From Lophium mytilinum (lineage: Eukaryota): DNA of 64,000 nt. The stretch covers positions 1,778,616-1,842,615 of the forward strand of contig MU004186.1 in NCBI GenBank assembly GCA_010093605.1, in the 5' to 3' direction. Below, piece by piece: positions 58,878 through 64,000 of this stretch. A model generated the notes under the pieces. It was not told where the DNA came from. It was given only the letters and a program-made list of their open reading frames with translations, and did no database searches. The stretch's first letter is position 1; the number at the start of each line of letters is the position of its first letter. The position numbers were made by a program, and so were the translations under genes.

Positions 58878-61800
58878 CTAACGCTGGAACCAATTAAACC
58901 TGCGTCGGTCAGCCGCACCCGCGGCTTCGAGGTGGACGCTGCGGTCATAGAGTTCCTGTCGCATATTCGTCAGCTGATTAATCACCAGATCCACGACCAA
59001 CGGCGTCTTCAGAAGTGAACAAACGTACGTCGTCATCCTTAACCACTTTAACATCAAGCAACAAGCTCCTAACATCCTCATTCCGGCCGAACGGTGGATA
59101 TGGTGTCCCTTGTGCCTTTTGTACACCTACAATGACCTCGCCCATGATCTCGAACTTGCGCCAGTTGATGCGCTCCTTGCCCGCAACCCCACCGGGAGGC
59201 GCCTCGCGCGAGTCTCTGCTGCCGGCTGCGCCTTGAAAGACTGAGACGCCCGGATGCGGGTTCGCTGCTGGTGGGCCTCGCTTGTCGCCTACGAAGGTGG
59301 CGTTGCCTTCCGCCGCAGAGACTAAATCACGGCGGTGGAGGGGGAGATAGGGTATTCGCTCTCCCGAAGAGTTTTCCCAGGCGAGGCGGTATGCAAAATG
59401 CGATTTTTGTGTACCCATGAGAATCTCGAGCTTCATAAAGTCACGAGCGGTAGGCTGAGGTACGAGGTCGCGGGTAGCGACTAATCGATGCACAGCCGTG
59501 CCCTTGATGCCGGCTAGCACGGCACCGAGGGCGTTGTAGTTGTTCAGTTCGCGAAGTTTGCGCGCAATTCTCATCCATTTTTCGAGCATTAGCGCTCTAT
59601 GCTTTGGTTTGTCTCGAAGGAGAATGTAGTTCGTGACAGCGTAGGCAACGTGGTTAAAGTGCTCGATCATTCGATTAACGTTTTCGAGGCTCTTGCAGCG
59701 CTTTTTCTCGTCTGCGTTCATACTCACGTGACGGACGAGATCGCGAGGTCGAATGGAGGAGAACATGATCCAATCGATACGTGTTAGCTCTTTCGCGATA
59801 GCTTCGTCGTCCTGGCCCATCATAAAATGCCATTGTGCCTTCGAAAGAGGTTTCGCAGCGTTTGGTACGAGGGTCTTAGCAATCTTTTGCGCGCGCTCGA
59901 TACCATTGAGCATCGTCTGGGACGAGCTGCTTGTTGAACCAGTGTTAGAATTGAATGTCCTGGACGAGTTTGTCGTTGCGGTCGTCGTACTGCGGGTTAC
60001 ACTATTGTTGTCCGTGGATAAGCTACCGATGGCTTTGGCAAACTCATCTTCATCAGAATCCTCGTCGAGAACAGTGTGGAATGTCTGTGGAGGCTCCGAT
60101 TTTTCTCGGTTACGATCACAACAAGCCCAATCCGTATCATCGTCCTCTGTCACGTTTTCTAGGTCCAGTACCATCTCCCTTGCAGCTATTGAGAAGATAC
60201 GATTTGATGCTAGCCCAGATACGAATTTTCGCATTGTTCGCCTAGTTTTTGGAAACGCAAAGTCGCCTGGATAACAGCTCACCCACTGCTGGAGAATAGC
60301 CAAGTGTCTCAGCTGATCTATCGTCCGGATCATTTGCGGGTGCTTATCCCGCTTTAGTGCCTCGAAACGCTTGACGATGCTGTCCAAGAGCTGACCCGGC
60401 GTCCCAAATCTCCGGTAGAGCGCCAAAAATATAGCTACAAACTTCGAGTCATTCTTCGACAGCGGTTGAGCAAGAAGTCGTTCGACTAGCTGGTCTAATG
60501 TGTAGCCTTTCTCGTCTGACGGTAGGTCTGTCGCAACACTTTGACCTCCATCCGAGTCCTGGGCTTCGGTATCATAAGATTCGTAACCGGGAGACTCCTC
60601 GAGATCCAAGAAAGTGTGGCCGACCGTCTCACTTGGAGCGTGCTTGTGGCCTTTTTTCTCGGCATCCTTTTCAAAGGGCCCCGGTGTCCGAGCTTTGAGC
60701 CTAGACCCAGAGAATTCAGAACTGGCCCGTTCATGTTTCCGGGACCACGTTTCCCGGGGTGGCAAATGGCGTACAGCAGAGGAGTTTGCTCTTCGACGAT
60801 TTGAGGCAGTCTGAGGTTGTGCTGGTAGAGTTAGTTAGGTAATGTACAAAAACATCGACTCTTGACATGACTGCTGGGTATATATGGTAATGTCAGGATC
60901 TACTTGACTTACTTCGTCTAGCGGCTATTGTGTTTCTAAGTATTACTGACAGACACCTTTTCTGGGTTTCGGGAGCGGATTCTGAGGTCTGGAAAGCGTT
61001 TATTTCTCCCACAAGCTTCTGCGCTTTCTGCTCTACAACGCTGGGATCGACTTCTCGATGAACAGGGTGGTTGTCGCACTTGCATGCAACTAAAAGGTAA
61101 GGAAGATAGGTAATCGACAATGCATCTGTTCCGCGAATCCGTCAGCATAACTGTACATAATTGAGTCACCAAGCTCTCCACCTCGAACGCAATGTGACTA
61201 AATGATTTCCGAGCGTGTAATTGGAATATGACTGACTCAAAATCTCCGGTACTCGCTCTAGGCTTCTCGAATTCGTGACATCGTAAATTGTGATAGCTCC
61301 ATCTATACGCGGCGTAGCAAGGTCGTCAATCGTCTCAGGCCAGTTGATACAATCCCGTTCTCCAATGTTGATTTCGCTGAATGATAACTCCAAAAGGCGA
61401 ACTATGTAAACAGATCCGTCAATGGACATCTTGCGCGAGCTTATGGCGGCGGATGAAGCGGTGTTCTGTAGATTCAGGGCACGGCGAATGAAGGTCGACT
61501 TTCCACTGCCATGGGCACCCACGACGACAATGTTTAGGTCCTGCAAGGCAGCGATGTCGGTTGCTACTGACTAGAAGACGGATGCATTAGCTCCAAGCTT
61601 TGCAGGGAGGGATTGAGCTACACATACCGAAACCGAGGCCACTGGAGACCTCGGGGTAGGTATGGAATCCGCCATGTATGGAGGTCTCGCTTTGATGTTA
61701 GTGGGCGAGAGGGGCCCTTCGGTGTCGGAGGAGCTGTCGAGGGAGCTGGACGAGGCGTCCTCTTGGGGGCCGTCGTGGGCTTCGTCGTGCTGCTGGATAT

Positions 61801-62110
61801 TGTAGCGCTGGAAGAAGGGATCGCCAGCAATTTCTTCGTCATCTGCGGCCTCGCCTAGGGACGAGTTGTCCCCGAGAACAGCATGATCGGGACCAGACAT
61901 TTCGCTTTTCGGGACCATAGGCGCAGAGTAAGCACGGCCCTTGAGGCCAGGGCGAGCAGTGTCGGGTGGTGTCGACGTCTGGGCGGACTCCCTCCTCGGC
62001 GGGGGCGCGAAGGACTGCGAGCTCTTTGCCTTCTCGCGCTTCGTCGACTGGGTGTGGGGCCGGGCAGCAGGCTGGCCTGCTGAGCATGCGGCGCGTCCTG
62101 TGTGTGGCAT
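58878..62110 (-). CDS. Ras guanine-nucleotide exchange factor (RasGEF_N + CDC25 domain) with N-terminal Ras-like P-loop domain, 5 exons
   Basis: IVVVGAHGSGKSTF; YTLDQLVERLL...FLALYRRF (REM); IAKELTRID, FNHVAYAV, LRELNNYNALGAVLAGI, IPYLPLHRRDL, INWRKF (CDC25); last exon ELYDRSVHLE...NWFQR*. Confidence 0.88.
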
Positions 62111-64000
62111 TTTAGCCCCTCTAGGTGGTGGTGCCAGGGTGGTGTGCGACGTTGAATCCTCCCGATGGAGCTCAAGCGGCGGGGGGTGGAACGGCGATGC
62201 CGCTGAGCGCAATTGCAACCGGATGGCTGCCAGACATTGGAGGAGAGTTGTGGGGCGAGGGCAAAGAGAAGAGCGTACAAGAGGCCTCGCAAAGACAGCG
62301 GGGGACGTATGCTTGAAGCTTGAGGTTTAGTTTGATATGCGGGTGCGGTCGCGGCCGGCGTTGCCAAGAGTACCTCTCCCACCAGACCTACCTCAATGCA
62401 GCGTCTGATCACCAAAGCCAAACGGTCAGAAAAGTCAAACACCAAAGTCAAACACCGCCGATGGGAGCACGGTAGTGACCAATTGAGCCATGTCGAGCGG
62501 CCAGTTGAACGATCATCCGGGGGAACAGCCGCTGCCCCGTCGAGTGTCGTCGGCCACGCGATGCTGCGATGCTGCTGAATGGCCTCAGGCCTAAGGCATG
62601 CGCCAGGAAGAGGCCTGTTGAGTATGCCCTCGCCCCCGACGCCGATCCCCCGTATCCTGAGGTGCTGGAGCCTCTCTGGCCCGTGAAGGCTTGCAGACTC
62701 CAATAACTTCGTCTCCCAACCTGGTCCTCCGCAGCCAGAGCCCGCCACAGGCCGTTCAGCTCGGGCTGGAACGCTGTCACCAGAACACGCATTGGATGCA
62801 TGTGCCTAATACATACTGTACATGTGCAGAGCAGACCCTGGAGAAAAGTCTTCATGCGGGCTGCTGACATGTACCTGGATGTACTGTACTGTATTTCCCT
62901 CTTAGACACAGCAGACGACACTATTTGCCAAGGTCACCATCATGGCTTAACATTGCCTAGGTGCTCTTCCATTGGCTCTCAGACGAAGAAGCAACCTTGG
63001 AATGCTTAGCACAAACCATAACATCTAAATCCTCATCATTGACTCTGACTTACTTGGCTAGTCTTCAGCCTTCTTCATGAGCAACTGCTCCGAGGTCCTT
63101 CGACGTACGGCACAGCTACATCTGCATATTTCAGCCCGATTTCTTTCTCGTCGGATCCGCACCTCTTCACGTGTCAAGAAAACCCGGTAATGTCTCTGCA
63201 TGTTCAATTGGGCTACATACGCGAGGCTCCCGAACGGCATGCGGACTTGCAGAAGCCACCTCCCGGTGTGTCAGAAATCCTCCCCCCAGCGCGCGCAGAA
63301 TCTGGAGAAACCTTGCAGACCACGCACGCTCTAGCTCTTAGCTTCGTATGGGGTACATTTACCACCCTGACAATTTCGCTCGGGGTCTTTATTCCTTCAA
63401 AAACCGTCACGAGGGAGGGTCGAGAACCACCGGTAGGCATACGACGACGTCTCATCTTCACCACCGACGCCAATAGCCGCCCCAGCCCCCGCAACACCAA
63501 AACTCCGCAACATTTTCCGCCACCTCCAGCACCGCAAAACTCAAATCTAATTCGACCGGCGATCCCTCTCCATTCGGATCACTGGGGAAAAATAAACCAC
63601 CGCCCCCTCAGCCCTATTGGCCGCGCTGCGTCTGCCACCCTTTTTACCGAGCACCGCAACCGCGTCAACTGGCATGCGGGCCGAGAAGCCTTACCCACGC
63701 GCCTGTCAACTCAACGTGAGACGGCCCAAGGACCCCTCCCGGCCTCGCTCCATTCCTCTTCGCCTGTCGACGTCAAGCCTATGGACAGCCTCGTCACATG
63801 CTGGAGTCTCCGAGTCACGATGCTGTGGAACTGTGACGGGGGGCCTCGCAAAGCATCCACCTGAATCCAGCTCGCCGGACCTGCAGCAACGCGAATACCG
63901 TCGCCGGTCACTATCGTCGATGCTGCATATGCGCTCGCAGCACATGCTGCAAAGAGCGGGCCGCCACGGGCGGGAAGATTGTCGCGTGCGAGACGATTGG

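Noticed and set aside
62200..64000. ORFs including 63190-63864 (224 aa)
   Set aside because: No recognisable domain or splice model; probably promoter or leader sequence.

Overview
Gene-dense, intron-rich genomic DNA from a filamentous ascomycete (Pezizomycotina; GT-AG introns of about 50-60 nt with CTRAC/CTAAY branch sites). I reconstructed about 27 spliced protein-coding genes by hand. They include an Nrd1/Mrn1-type RRM protein (runs off the left edge and is absent from the ORF track), ALG8, ITC1/ACF1, two oxidoreductases, Sec61-beta, an F-box protein, a xylose reductase, a SnoaL/NTF2-like secreted protein, an APC permease, a Pth11-like receptor, ISA1, a Dabb protein, DSC3, an MFS transporter, an RBR E3 ligase, GT31, GH128, a COG2907-type flavoprotein and a Ras-like/RasGEF fusion. 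I saw no tRNA, rRNA, CRISPR array, intact transposon or secondary-metabolite cluster. The most interesting signals are these: (i) an ACG codon in a perfect fungal initiation context, in frame 20 codons upstream of the RRM gene's first AUG, in a long AUG-free leader; (ii) recurrent sharp C/A-rich to G/T-rich strand-skew flips inside many genes, affecting introns as well as codons; (iii) an MFS intron whose expected acceptor is GG instead of AG; (iv) a structured 216-nt intron with an H/ACA-like layout; (v) a small Gln/Pro-rich protein with an RGG motif before a 6-Cys tail; and (vi) an intergenic 39-bp repeat that varies like coding sequence. All gene models and family calls come from reading motifs by eye; no searches were run.
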